DNA from: an uncultured Gemmatimonadaceae bacterium
GTDB taxonomy: Bacteria > Gemmatimonadota > Gemmatimonadetes > Gemmatimonadales > Gemmatimonadaceae
Direction of reading: 5' to 3'
Length of the DNA stretch: 64,000 nucleotides
NCBI GenBank assembly: GCA_963829055.1
Contig: CAWHHI010000009.1
Span: forward strand, 64,001 to 128,000
Of this stretch, positions 10,381 through 20,656 are shown piece after piece; within the stretch, counting starts at the first letter, position 1; each line of letters begins with the position of its first letter. The position numbers and the translations under genes were made by a program. Under the pieces are notes generated by a model. The model ran no database searches. It worked only from the letters and a program-made list of their open reading frames with translations, and was not told where the DNA came from.

Positions 10381-13002
10381 TTACCTCACAAGTACCGCCG
10401 CCAGCGTTACGAGGCTCGCGATGATAGACGCCACCACCGGGAGATTTTTCGCCCAGGACCCGTCGCTCGGCGGCTTTTCGGGCACCACGACGTGGCTCCC
10501 CGGGCCAGGTCTCGGCACGTCATCAGGGCCGAACGTTCGGCGTCGCACCGTCTCGACGTGCCCGCTCGCGTTCGTCACGTACGCGCGCGACGCGTCGCCC
10601 GCGCGATTCGGGCCACCGGCCGCCCTCATGTAGTAGTCGATGTTCGCGCCGGGTAGGTAGGCCACCGCCATCGGGGCGTTCACGGCCCCGGTGACCGTCA
10701 CGACTCCACTGTATCGCGAGATGTGGATCGAGTCGCCATCCTGGAGCACCAGGTTGTCCACCGCGCGTGCGTCGCGCAGCGCGCGCGGCAGGTCAATGCC
10801 AACTCGGCTGACGCCATCGCGATGGCGCTGGAACACGATGCCTGACGAGTCCGCGTTTGCGGTGAGGCCACCCGCGCGACGCACGAGCGACCCCAGCCTC
10901 TCGTCACGCTCCTTGAGCGCGTAGCGCCCCGGGAAGCGGACCTCGCCGCTCAGCACGACGGTTCGCGGCGGCAGCCAGTCCGGCTGTCGCAGAATGAGCA
11001 CGTGATCGTCCGGCCGGAGCACGACCTCACCACCAGCGGCAGGCGCGCCGCCCGCGGCCGAGCCGGGGCGAGCGAAGCGATACGTGGAGTCGAGACTGAC
11101 CCGCATCGTCTGCGCGCTCGCCCCGGCGGGGCGGTTCTCGGGAAAGCGCGCGATCTCGGCTTCGCCGAGGTAGGCCGTCTCGTCGAGACCGCCGGCGAGA
11201 AGGACGAGGTCGCGGAGCGTCATCCCGTCGCGGTATGCGACTCGGCCGCTCTGCTTCACTGCTCCCGTGATGGCCACGTACCGCTGCGGCCGAAACTCTG
11301 TGACGGAGAAGATGCGAATGTCATCATCGGGCGCGAGCGTCACCTCCTCGGCCGCGGTGCCGTCGGGGCGGAGCGCCGTCCGCAACTGTATGTGACTCGA
11401 GTCCGGGAGCGTGCGCGTAATGAGGACCTGGCCGAGATAGGCGTCGGGACGCAGTCCGCCGGCGTGCGCGATGGCATCGGACAGATTGAGGCCCGCCGTG
11501 AAGCCCTGCGATCCCGGCTGCCACACGTTGCCGGCGACGTTGATGCGGTTGCTGACGCGATCGGGAATCGCGAAGACGCGCACGACATCTCCATCCTCGA
11601 GCGCGACCTGCACCGTGTCAGACGGGCCAGCGCCGTCGCCCGGCGCGCGGCGCGTCCCGTACGCACTGACGTCGAGCACCACGCGCGCCGCACCCCCGTC
11701 CCGGCGCTGCGGCGCGGGCAGGATGCGTTCGACCTGCACGCGATTGATCACCGCCGTCGGACGATAGCCTCCGGCGGCACGAACGAGATCCGAGAGCGAT
11801 TCACCCGGACGGAGCTCGTACGTGGCTGGCCGGTTGATCTCACCGACGACGCGCACGCTGGGGCCGCGGATCGGCACGAAGACGACGTCGCCGGACTCGA
11901 GTCGCGGGTCGTGCGACGCGTCGCCGCGCAGCAGGTAGTCATACAGGTCGAGCACATCGACGACCTTCCCCGACCGGCGGATCTCGACCCGTCGCAGGCT
12001 CCCGTTAGGCGTCGGGCCGCTGGCCGCGTAGAGGGCCGTGAGCGCCGTGCCAGCACCGGACACGCGATAGCTGCCCGGCCGCACCACGTCTCCGGCGACG
12101 AACACCTGGTACGAACGCAGGCGCGCGACGTTGACCGAGAAGCGTGTCGTCGCGTTAGCTCCACGCCGCACGCCGGGGTACACGCGACCGAGCGTACCGT
12201 AGAGCAGGTTCTCGAGCTGCTGCACCGTGAGGTTCGCGACGTGCAGCTGGCCGACCTGGGGGATGAACACGAACCCTTCGCGCGTGACGTCGAGTCGATG
12301 CGCGAGCTCGACCTCGCCTGTCAGCAGGAGCACCAACTGGTCGCCGGGGCCGAGTTTGTACGAGCCGTCCACCGGGCCGGCAGCGTTCGGGTCGAACTGC
12401 GAGGTGGAACCTGCGAACAGGTCGAGCCCGAAGATCGTGCGGCCGCTGTCGGGCGGCGCGATCGGCCGCCCGTCCGACGTGCATTTGACCTCCGTTGGCT
12501 GGGAGCGCACGCGGCGTTGATCGAGCAGCACCGAATCCGCATTGCGGTCCGCCGCGGGCGCCGCGACCGTGTCGCACTGGACGACGGGGCGAGGCGGGCG
12601 CTCAACCGGTCGCTCGGCGCGGCGACCTGTGACACTCGCCGCCACCGAATCGGCTTCCGGGTCAACGGAGAGGGCACGAAGAGCGGAGACGACAGCGCTC
12701 GACGGAACCGAATCGGTCGCGCCGGCGGTCGTCGGCTGCATGTACGAATCCAGCAGCGTTTCCGGGTACCCCTCGGCGCGCAGACGCGCGCGCACCTGCT
12801 CCGGCGTTAGGCCGCTGTCGCGAAGGCGCTCGCGCACCTGTGCCGCGAGGTCGGGCCGCGCTTGAAGCAACGCCGCGGCGTCCTGCGGGCTTGGGCGCTG
12901 CGCGTGGGCAGTTGGGACAATGCACGCCAGGGCGATGCAGAGCACCGCCCAGCGGATGGTATATGGGATCATCATTGGGTGCGGCAGATGTTTGTGCTTC
13001 AA
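10381..13002 (-). CDS. Polysaccharide export protein with multiple SLBB domains (Wza/KpsD-like)
   Basis: YKLGPGDQL Poly_export motif; repeated V.V.G.V..PG.Y...L..AGG units; signal peptide. True start is probably slightly downstream of 13002. Confidence 0.92.
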   Translation of the reverse strand: MKHKHLPHPMMIPYTIRWAVLCIALACIVPTAHAQRPSPQDAAALLQARPDLAAQVRERLRDSGLTPEQVRARLRAEGYPETLLDSYMQPTTAGATDSVPSSAVVSALRALSVDPEADSVAASVTGRRAERPVERPPRPVVQCDTVAAPAADRNADSVLLDQRRVRSQPTEVKCTSDGRPIAPPDSGRTIFGLDLFAGSTSQFDPNAAGPVDGSYKLGPGDQLVLLLTGEVELAHRLDVTREGFVFIPQVGQLHVANLTVQQLENLLYGTLGRVYPGVRRGANATTRFSVNVARLRSYQVFVAGDVVRPGSYRVSGAGTALTALYAASGPTPNGSLRRVEIRRSGKVVDVLDLYDYLLRGDASHDPRLESGDVVFVPIRGPSVRVVGEINRPATYELRPGESLSDLVRAAGGYRPTAVINRVQVERILPAPQRRDGGAARVVLDVSAYGTRRAPGDGAGPSDTVQVALEDGDVVRVFAIPDRVSNRINVAGNVWQPGSQGFTAGLNLSDAIAHAGGLRPDAYLGQVLITRTLPDSSHIQLRTALRPDGTAAEEVTLAPDDDIRIFSVTEFRPQRYVAITGAVKQSGRVAYRDGMTLRDLVLLAGGLDETAYLGEAEIARFPENRPAGASAQTMRVSLDSTYRFARPGSAAGGAPAAGGEVVLRPDDHVLILRQPDWLPPRTVVLSGEVRFPGRYALKERDERLGSLVRRAGGLTANADSSGIVFQRHRDGVSRVGIDLPRALRDARAVDNLVLQDGDSIHISRYSGVVTVTGAVNAPMAVAYLPGANIDYYMRAAGGPNRAGDASRAYVTNASGHVETVRRRTFGPDDVPRPGPGSHVVVPEKPPSDGSWAKNLPVVASIIASLVTLAAVLVR

Positions 13003-13223
13003 CCCGCCATCGGATCAAGGCGTCACCTGGTGCGACGCCGTCCGTCGACCGCATTGACGGACTGCACACGCTTTAATCAGATAGGTGCGCAAATTTTGTC
13101 AACTCACCCGGGCAGGCCCAACGTGAGCCAGCACGATGCCCTGCTCTCCGATTCGGTCCCAAGTACCGATCGGTCAGCGCATCCCTTCGCTCTTCCTCGT
13201 CCCGACAACCGAGCGCGACAGTT

Positions 13224-13767
13224 TCAGCGCGACAGATGTTGGCGTGCGCTGGGTTGAACACCGCTCTCGAACGAGTACACGCGCCACGGATGCGCGTCGC
13301 CGGCGCGCTCCGACTCCACTCCGGTGCCCCCGGTGAACTCCGTGATCACGTCCCTCCAGAACTCCACGGCGCCAATCTTCCCCGAGGAAACGCGAACGAG
13401 CCACTTGCCCGGCAGACGCGTCCACAACAGTGCAGCCGCTCGACGACCCACGCTGCGAGCGGCGGTAGCTCCGAAGCACGAAGAACTCGGCCAGATCGAG
13501 CACGCTCGGATCGTCCGTGATGGGGGAGCCGCGGGTGACCAGCGCGAATCCCGCGAGGCGTGCATCACATCGGATGAGAAACGCGAACCGGTTTTCGGGC
13601 TCCGCCCAGTAGAGCGGAAGCCGGCGGTATCCAAAGCGCCCATCCGCACCGATCACGAGATGCGGGAATGCGTCACTCATCTCGTGGATGTACAACTCGA
13701 GCAGATTGGCCAACACTCCGGCATCGACGGATGTCGCTACGTCGAGGACGACATTGTGGGAGTGCAC
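13224..13767 (-). CDS. GNAT family N-acetyltransferase (frameshift near 13450)
   Basis: NLLELYIHEMS...LAEFFVLRSYRR, continuing in another frame as VGRRAA...PGKWLVRV...FWR. Confidence 0.82.
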
Positions 13768-14008
13768 TCGTATCGCATCCGGTCAGGGTACACCAGCTCG
13801 CCGTGGTCAAGTATCGATGGCCTGCGTGATTCGCCCCGAGTCCGTCCTCATCGCACCGTCAACTGCGACGAACGAATTTCCGTGTGCTGGACGCCGAACG
13901 GAAGCCCACTCACCGCAAAGTCACGACTGTCTGTCGGAGCGAGACGTCCTGAGCTAATGTCTGCGCGTCCGCATGATCGCCGGTCTCCCATCTACCCTCC
14001 GCCTCGCC

Positions 14009-15073
14009 ATGAGCTCGCCCGTCAAGCCTTCCGCTCCGCTCTCGAAAGCCGATTTCACCGCAATGGCGACGATCGCGAGGGCACGCAAGGAAAACCTGCA
14101 GACAATGTTCGGTGGTGCGACGATCGTGTACGGCAAGGTATCGGCGGCTGGCACGGCCAAGACCCTGCTATCGACTGGTAAGGGTATTTACAAGAACGTC
14201 AGGACCCTCGCCTCGGCGGGTGGGACCGCGGCGAGTGCCGCGTCGTCCAGCGGACTGCGTGCCCAGGCGCAGAAGCTGATTGTCGAGGCGGTCGGTGTGG
14301 ACAGTCTCCAGGACCTCATCGAAGTCATCACGAACGGCGTGGTGGAAGAGCTGGTGAAGGAGATGCTGCCCTACGTCGGCATCATCACCTCGAGCTACAA
14401 GGCGGCCAACGCCTGGAAGGCGGTCGTCGATCAGGCGCGCAAGGAGCTGGACTGGGACGCCTACACTGATTTCGTTCTTCCGGGCGACCCGCTCGCGGCG
14501 TGCGCCGCTGTCCGCACCATCCTGAGGCGCAACATCGCTCGCGACACCGTACAGGCGACCATTCAGACGGCCGCCGTCGCGTCGAAGATCGCAGGACTCG
14601 CCGGAGACTTCGGGTCAGGCGCGACCACGACGGTCATCGGGCTTGCGTCGGGTCTCGCCTCGCTCGCCGTCGAGCTCACGCAGCTCGGCATCGACATCCG
14701 TGAGATGCGCGCCGGCAACAAGCGACTCGCGAAGCCGGACACGCTGGACAAATCGATCTTCCGCGAGTGCCCGCTCGTCGGCTCCTACCTCCTCGCGTAT
14801 TCGCCGACATCCATGGTGCTCAACTTCTTCGTCGCCGACATCGGATTGCCTGGCTGGATGGATCGCATCGAGCAATTCAAGAAGCAGGGGTTGGACCCGG
14901 TCGTCGAAACGGCGGAGGCGCAGATTACGCGATCCCGCATCACCATCACGGGTTTCAACACCGGCAAGGGCGTGGTCGCCAGCAAGTCGATCAGCGACAA
15001 GCTCGCGTCGATCAATTACAAGAACGTCAAGTTTCAGTTCAACCGCGTCGTCCGCTCGAAGTTGCCGTTCTGA
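14009..15073 (+). CDS. Hypothetical protein, Ala/Gly/Thr-rich and probably helical
   Basis: Intact 354-codon ORF with strong GC3 codon bias; no family recognised. Confidence 0.8.
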   Translation: MSSPVKPSAPLSKADFTAMATIARARKENLQTMFGGATIVYGKVSAAGTAKTLLSTGKGIYKNVRTLASAGGTAASAASSSGLRAQAQKLIVEAVGVDSLQDLIEVITNGVVEELVKEMLPYVGIITSSYKAANAWKAVVDQARKELDWDAYTDFVLPGDPLAACAAVRTILRRNIARDTVQATIQTAAVASKIAGLAGDFGSGATTTVIGLASGLASLAVELTQLGIDIREMRAGNKRLAKPDTLDKSIFRECPLVGSYLLAYSPTSMVLNFFVADIGLPGWMDRIEQFKKQGLDPVVETAEAQITRSRITITGFNTGKGVVASKSISDKLASINYKNVKFQFNRVVRSKLPF

Positions 15074-15278
15074 CGACGCGCCAGGCACACGCGGCTGTGC
15101 CGCTCGCCTATTCGTTAGGCGGGGAAGTGGGGCGCTCTGAACCGTCGTCTCATCCGTAGTGACTGTCCGCAGGGGAGCCAAGAGGGTGTCTGGAGGCTGT
15201 AGCAATGCGAATCACGCTGGACGCCCTGCTTGTGCTCCTCGCGAAACGAAACCGCGCCCAGCGGAGCTCGGGACTGGC

Positions 15279-16644
15279 TCAGATGAATTTGAGGGTCCAT
15301 AACGCGTAGATCACCGCCATGGACACGACACCGTTCACGATCATCACGCCGCCGAACGAGATGAGCGCCGAGCGGAGCGGCATGCGCGTCAGCGACGTGC
15401 ACACCCAGAAGTAGCTCGAGTTCACGTACTTCGTGATGATGCCGCCGGCCGACGCGGCGAGCATCGTCGCCTCGGGACTCAGGCCGAGCGTCGCCATCAT
15501 TGGCGCGACGATCGACGCCGCCGTGATCACACCGACCGTCGTCGATCCGGTGATCATGTTGCCGACGACGCCTAACACGAACGGCAGGAAGATCGCCGGC
15601 AGTCCCGGTCGACTCCATCGCCTTTGGCGATCGCGTCGACCGCCGGCGTCTGGCGCAGGATCTGACTCAGCGCGCCGCCGAGTCCCACGACCATGATGAT
15701 CATGGCCGAGGTGCGGAGCGCGTTCTCGATCCACTCGCTCGTACGCGCGCTGCGCCTGATCGCGCTTCGTGTTGCGGTACGCGATGCAGCACGCCGATGC
15801 TCAGCGCGACGACGGGCCATCCGAGGTAGAGCATCGCCGCGATTCGACGATGTGTCCCTTGGGCAGCAGCATCGTCGCCGTGCTCTGCGCCGCGATCAGC
15901 AGCAGCGGAATGAGGATCGGCGCGAACGCCCAGAACGTCGTGGGCAGCTCGGCTTCGCGTCCGCGCTCGACGAACGACTGACCGATGAACTCGGGCGACG
16001 GCGGCGACGCGAGACGTGGCCCGACGGCCAGCGCGTACAGCCAGCCGAAGAAGCTCGCGATGATCGAGACGAAGCAGCCCCAGACGATCACGCGTCCCAT
16101 GTCGGCGTGCAGGATCGCGACGGCGGCGAGCGGGCCGGGCGTCGGCGGAACCATCGCGTGCGTCAACTGCATCGCGCCGATGAGTCCGGTGCTCATGACG
16201 CTCATGTTGAGCCCACTGCGGATGGCGGCGGAGTGGACGAGCGGGTTCAGGATGACGTAGCCGACGTCCGAGAAGATCGGAATGCCGATCACCCATCCGC
16301 TCAGCGTGAGCGCGAGCGGCATGCGCTTCTCGCCGACCCAGCGGATCATCGAAATCGTGATGCGCTCGATGCCGCCCGGTGTGCTTCAGCCCTTCGGCGA
16401 GGATGGTGCCGACGACGATCACGACGGCGATGCTCTGCACGGTCTTCCCGAATCCGATCTCGAACGCGCGCGATGAACACGGCGCGATCGATGCCGGGGA
16501 GGAGCGCGAACAGGAGGATGGGCACGAGCAGCGCGATGAAGACGTGCCATCGGAACTTCGTGATCAGCGAGGAACAGCAGCGCGACGACGCCGATCAGTC
16601 CGCCGAGGGCGATGAGCGTGCTGTCGGTGATCCTTGGGATCCAT
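15279..16644 (-). CDS. GntP-family permease (several frameshifts)
   Basis: IGIPIFSDVGYVIL, THAMVPPTPGPLA, TGSTTVGVITAASIVAP and YVNSSYFW spread across consecutive frames. Confidence 0.85.
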
Positions 16645-16825
16645 TCGTCAGGTGGTCAGGTGGTGGGTGCATTCGCGAACGCGGTGCAGTCCGGCGATCG
16701 CCGACGTAGATTCGCGACGCCGAGTCACGCAGATGCCACTAGACGACCGGTCGCAGGTCTGACGACAGACCATCGTGAATCTTCGAGTACGTGACCTGAT
16801 TCGCAGGACTCTACCGCGACGATCG

Positions 16826-16907
16826 CGATTCCTCATGCGCCCAGAGGCACCCGCGCCGCTTCGCGGCTCCGCTCGGAATGACACCCGCTCGCTCGGAATG
16901 ACGACAC
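16826..16907. repeat. Degenerate REP-like half element with internal direct repeat
   Basis: CGCTCGGAATGAC occurs at 16870 and 16890; it resembles the GCTCGGGATGAC terminus of the 4028 and 52045 elements. Confidence 0.6.
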
Positions 16908-19834
16908 ATTCCCGGACCAGCGTCACTGGATGCACTGCACGACGCGACGTGCCCTGCGCGATCTGCTGACGACACGACACGCCCGTCGCCGCGACGATCG
17001 CATCGGCGCGGCGCCTTCACCGCCGGAAAGAGCCGCATGCCGCCGATCTGCGAGCGACAGGTCGTAGTGCTCACGCTCGAAGCCGAACGAGCCCGCCATG
17101 CCGCAGCAGCCCGCGTCCAGCACATCCACCGTCGCGCCTGGAATGCGACGCAGCAGCGCAATGCTTCCCGCCGTCGCATTCGATGCCTTCTGGTGGCAGT
17201 GACCGTGAAAGAGGATCGGTCGTCCCGCCGACGGCCGCGTTAGGGTCCAGCGTCAAGACCGCCGTCGTCGATCGCCTCGCGCGAGCAGGTCGTCGACCAT
17301 GCGTGCCTGACGCGCAATCGCCGCGCGCGCTCGAATCGCCCGCGTGCGAGAGTCCGGCAGCTCGTCCTTGAGCGTGAACACGCATGACGGCTCGCAGCCG
17401 ACGATCGGAACGTCCCTCGCAGCGCCGCCGGCGCGAGCTGCGCGATCAGGTCGCGTGGCGCTGACGCGCGCTTCGTCGAGCAGTCCCTTCGAGATCAACG
17501 CGCGACCGCAGCAGACGTCGCCCGCGAGCTGCACATCCCAGCCCGCCATCTCGAGCAACTCGATCGCCGCGCGACCGATCTCCGGCTCCGTGTAGCTCGT
17601 GAACGAATCGGCGAGGAAGACCACCGGCCCGCGACGCACACCGTTCGTCGGGCGCCAGCGGTGCTCGCCGCGCGAACCAGCGCTGCAGCGTCTCTCGCTC
17701 GAACTGCGGCAGCGCACGGCGGCGATCGATGCCGCCGAAACGCTCGACCAGCGCACGCACCGGCCGCGACCCGGCGACCCAGTTCGACAGTGGCGCCAGC
17801 GCCGACGCCGACGCGATTGAGCGTTCGCACGTGACCGAACACGCGCGCGCGGAGCGGCACGCCGTGCTGCTGCGTGGTAGTGCGACAGGAACTCCGACTT
17901 GAGCGCCGCCATGTCCACCGACAGCGGACACTCCGTCTTGCACGCCTTGCACTCGAGGCAGAGGTCGAGCATCGTCGTGGAGGCCCTCGTCGCCTAACGC
18001 CGCATGCGGATCCGGCGACGACAGCGCGTGCACGAGCGCGTTCGCGCGACCGCGCGTCGAGTGCTGCTCGTCGCGCGTGGCCATGAACGACGGGCACATC
18101 GTGCGTGCCCGCCAGCTCCGACTTCCGGCACGCGCCGATTCGCGCGCAGCGGTTCGCGGCGCCGCGCATGCCGCCATCGGCCGTCGAACGAGAAACTGCG
18201 TCGCGACCGGCAGCGCCCTCGGCAGCGCCGGCTCGCGCAGATGCTCCGTCATGCGCGGCGCGTTCACCTTCTTGCCCGGGTTGAATCGGCCGTGCGGGTC
18301 GAAGATCTGCTTGAGCGAGCGCATCGCACCATACAGCTCGTCGCCGAAGATCCTGCGCGTTGAACTCACTGCGCACGAGACCGTCGCCGTGCTCGCTGCT
18401 GTTCGTTGCCGCCGAACTCCGTGACGAGCGCGCACACCTCGTCGGCGACTGCGCGCAGCGTCGTCGACCGCACCGGGCTTCGTCAGATCCATGAACGGCC
18501 GGATGTGCAGACACCCGGCCGACGCATGACCGTAGAAGCCCGCCCTCGAGCCCATGTCGCTCGAGCAGCTCGGCGAAGCGATGCGTGTATTCGCCGAGTC
18601 GCGTCGGATCGACCGCGGTGTCCTCGACGAACGCAACGGATCGCTCGCCACGCTCACCGGCCGCACTGAGCAGGCCGAGTCCCGCCTTCCGCAGCTCGCG
18701 AAAGCGCGTCAGGTCACCGCTGGTTTCGCGCGCGCAGCACGGCGTAGCCATGACCGTTCGCGCGCCACAGCGCCTCGAGTCGCTCCGCGGACGCCCGCGC
18801 TTCCGCCGGCGTGTCGCCGTAGAACTCGAGCCACAGCAGCGCGCCCGGATCACCGTCGAGCACGGACACGAGCTTGCCGTGCGCGGCCGAGCGACGCGCC
18901 AGATCGAGAATGAAGCGGTCCACCAGCTCGATGCACGGCGGCGTCGCACTCGCGCGCGTCGTCGGCGGCGGCGATCGCCTGCGGCGACCGTCTCGAAGTG
19001 GCCGGCGACGCCCACGACCGCCTTCGGCTGCGGAACGAGCCTAACGCTGGCCTCGACCACGACGGCCAGCGTGCCCTCTGAACCGACGACGAGGTTCGCG
19101 AGATTGAACGGGCCGCGCTCGGACAGCATGCGCTCGAGGCGATAGCCGCCGGACTTTCGCCAGAACGGCGGGAAGTCGCGACGGATCGCCGTCTCATGCT
19201 GCGCGACGAGACGCGGCACGTCGCGATGCAGACGCGCATCGAGCGAGTCGCCCTGCGCCGCGACGCGCGACCTCGCGCCGCGTCGAGCGGACCGAATCGC
19301 GCTCGGCTACCGTCCGACAGCACGACATCGAGCGACTCGACGTGATCGATCGTCATGCCGTAACGCGCCGAGCGCGCGCCGCACGAGTTGTTGCCGATCA
19401 TGCCGCCGAGCGTGGCGCGGTTCGACGTGGACGTATCGGGCGCGAACATGCAAGCGGTGCGCGCCGGCCGCCTTGTTCAGATCATCCTGGATGAGCCCCG
19501 GCTGCACGCGCGCGGTCATGGCGTCGGCGTCGAGGCTGATCGAGACGATGCATGTGCCGCGACATGTCGAGCACGACGGCGCGCCCGACCGTCTGGCCGG
19601 CGAGACTCGTCCCGGCACCGCGCGGCAGCACCGGCACGTCGAACTTGCCGGCGACCTCGACTGCCGCCGCGACGTCGTCCGCATCGCGCGGGAACGCGAC
19701 GCCTAACGGCTCGATGGCGTACAGGCTCGCATCGGTCGAGTACGAGATGGCGCGTGTATCGAATCGAACCGGATCTCGCCGCGCGAGCGCGGCGCGCAGC
19801 GCGCGCTTCGAGCTCTGCGTCAGCGACTCCGCAT
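16900..19834 (-). CDS. FAD-linked oxidase / Fe-S oxidoreductase fusion (GlcD-GlcF or D-lactate dehydrogenase-like; many frameshifts)
   Basis: PRGAGTSLAGQ, ATLGGMIGNNSCG, GSEGTL, GHASAGCLHIRP, EHGDG, MCPSF...HSTRGRAN, LDLCLECKACKTECP, GCEPSC, CCGMAGSFG, SCRQQI. 3' end approximate. Confidence 0.88.
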
Positions 19835-20651
19835 CAACGACCTTCCCACCGTGGCGTGCGCTTCTCGATGAAGGCGGCCACGCCTTCGCGAAAGTCGCGG
19901 CTGCCGTACGCGCGGCGCACGAGATCGTCGTCGATACTCCGGCCGTCATTGGCGAACGATCGGCTCACGATCCGGCGAACGGCTTCCCGCGTCACCTGCA
20001 GCGTGATCGGCGCGTTCGCCGCGACGCGCGTGCAGAGCGCGTCGAGCTCGCGAGTCGAACGCGTCGGGCTCGATGACGTCGAGCACGAAGCCGAACGCGC
20101 GCGCCTCCTCCGCAGACATCAAGTCGGCCGTGAGCAGCATGGCCTTCGTGCGCGACAGCTCCGAGCGCCGCGACGAGGCGCGCGTAGTTCGCCATCGAGA
20201 GGCAGTTGCCGAGCGTCTTCGCGATCGGAACGCCGAAGCGCGCGTCAGGCGTCGCAGACGCGCAGGTCGCACGCGGTGGCGAGCACCAGTCCACTACCGA
20301 CGGCGTAGCCCTCCACGGCCGCAATGGTGACGACGTGGCAGCGACTCCAGTTTCGCGATGACGGGCTCGAGCCGCCGCTCGTACGCGACGCCATCGTCCC
20401 CCGACGTGAACGACGACGAACTGCGCGATGTCCGTTCCGGCAACGAAGTGTCCGCCTGCGCCGCGCAACACGGCGACACGCAGATCCGGCTCCGAAGCGA
20501 CGCGATCCAGCGCCTGGTCGAGCTGCTCGTACATCGACCACGTCATCGCGTTGCGCGCGCTCGGTCGTTCGAACGTGATGACGGCGGTCGTCCCGCGCCG
20601 CTCGAAGCGGACGATGCCGCCGTCGGAGGCGCGCGGTGGGGTGTTGCTCAT
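19834..20651 (-). CDS. Enoyl-CoA hydratase/isomerase family protein (frameshifted)
   Basis: RPSARNAMT, FVAGTDI, AAVEGYAVGSG...ACDLR, FGVPIAKTLGN; its stop overlaps the next start. Confidence 0.88.
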
Positions 20652-20656
20652 CTCCG

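Noticed and set aside
11002..12810. Long antisense ORFs such as this 602-aa one, 17495-19219 tails and 54976-56328
   Set aside because: Arg/Ala/Pro-rich shadow frames expected in high-GC DNA opposite or alongside well-supported genes.
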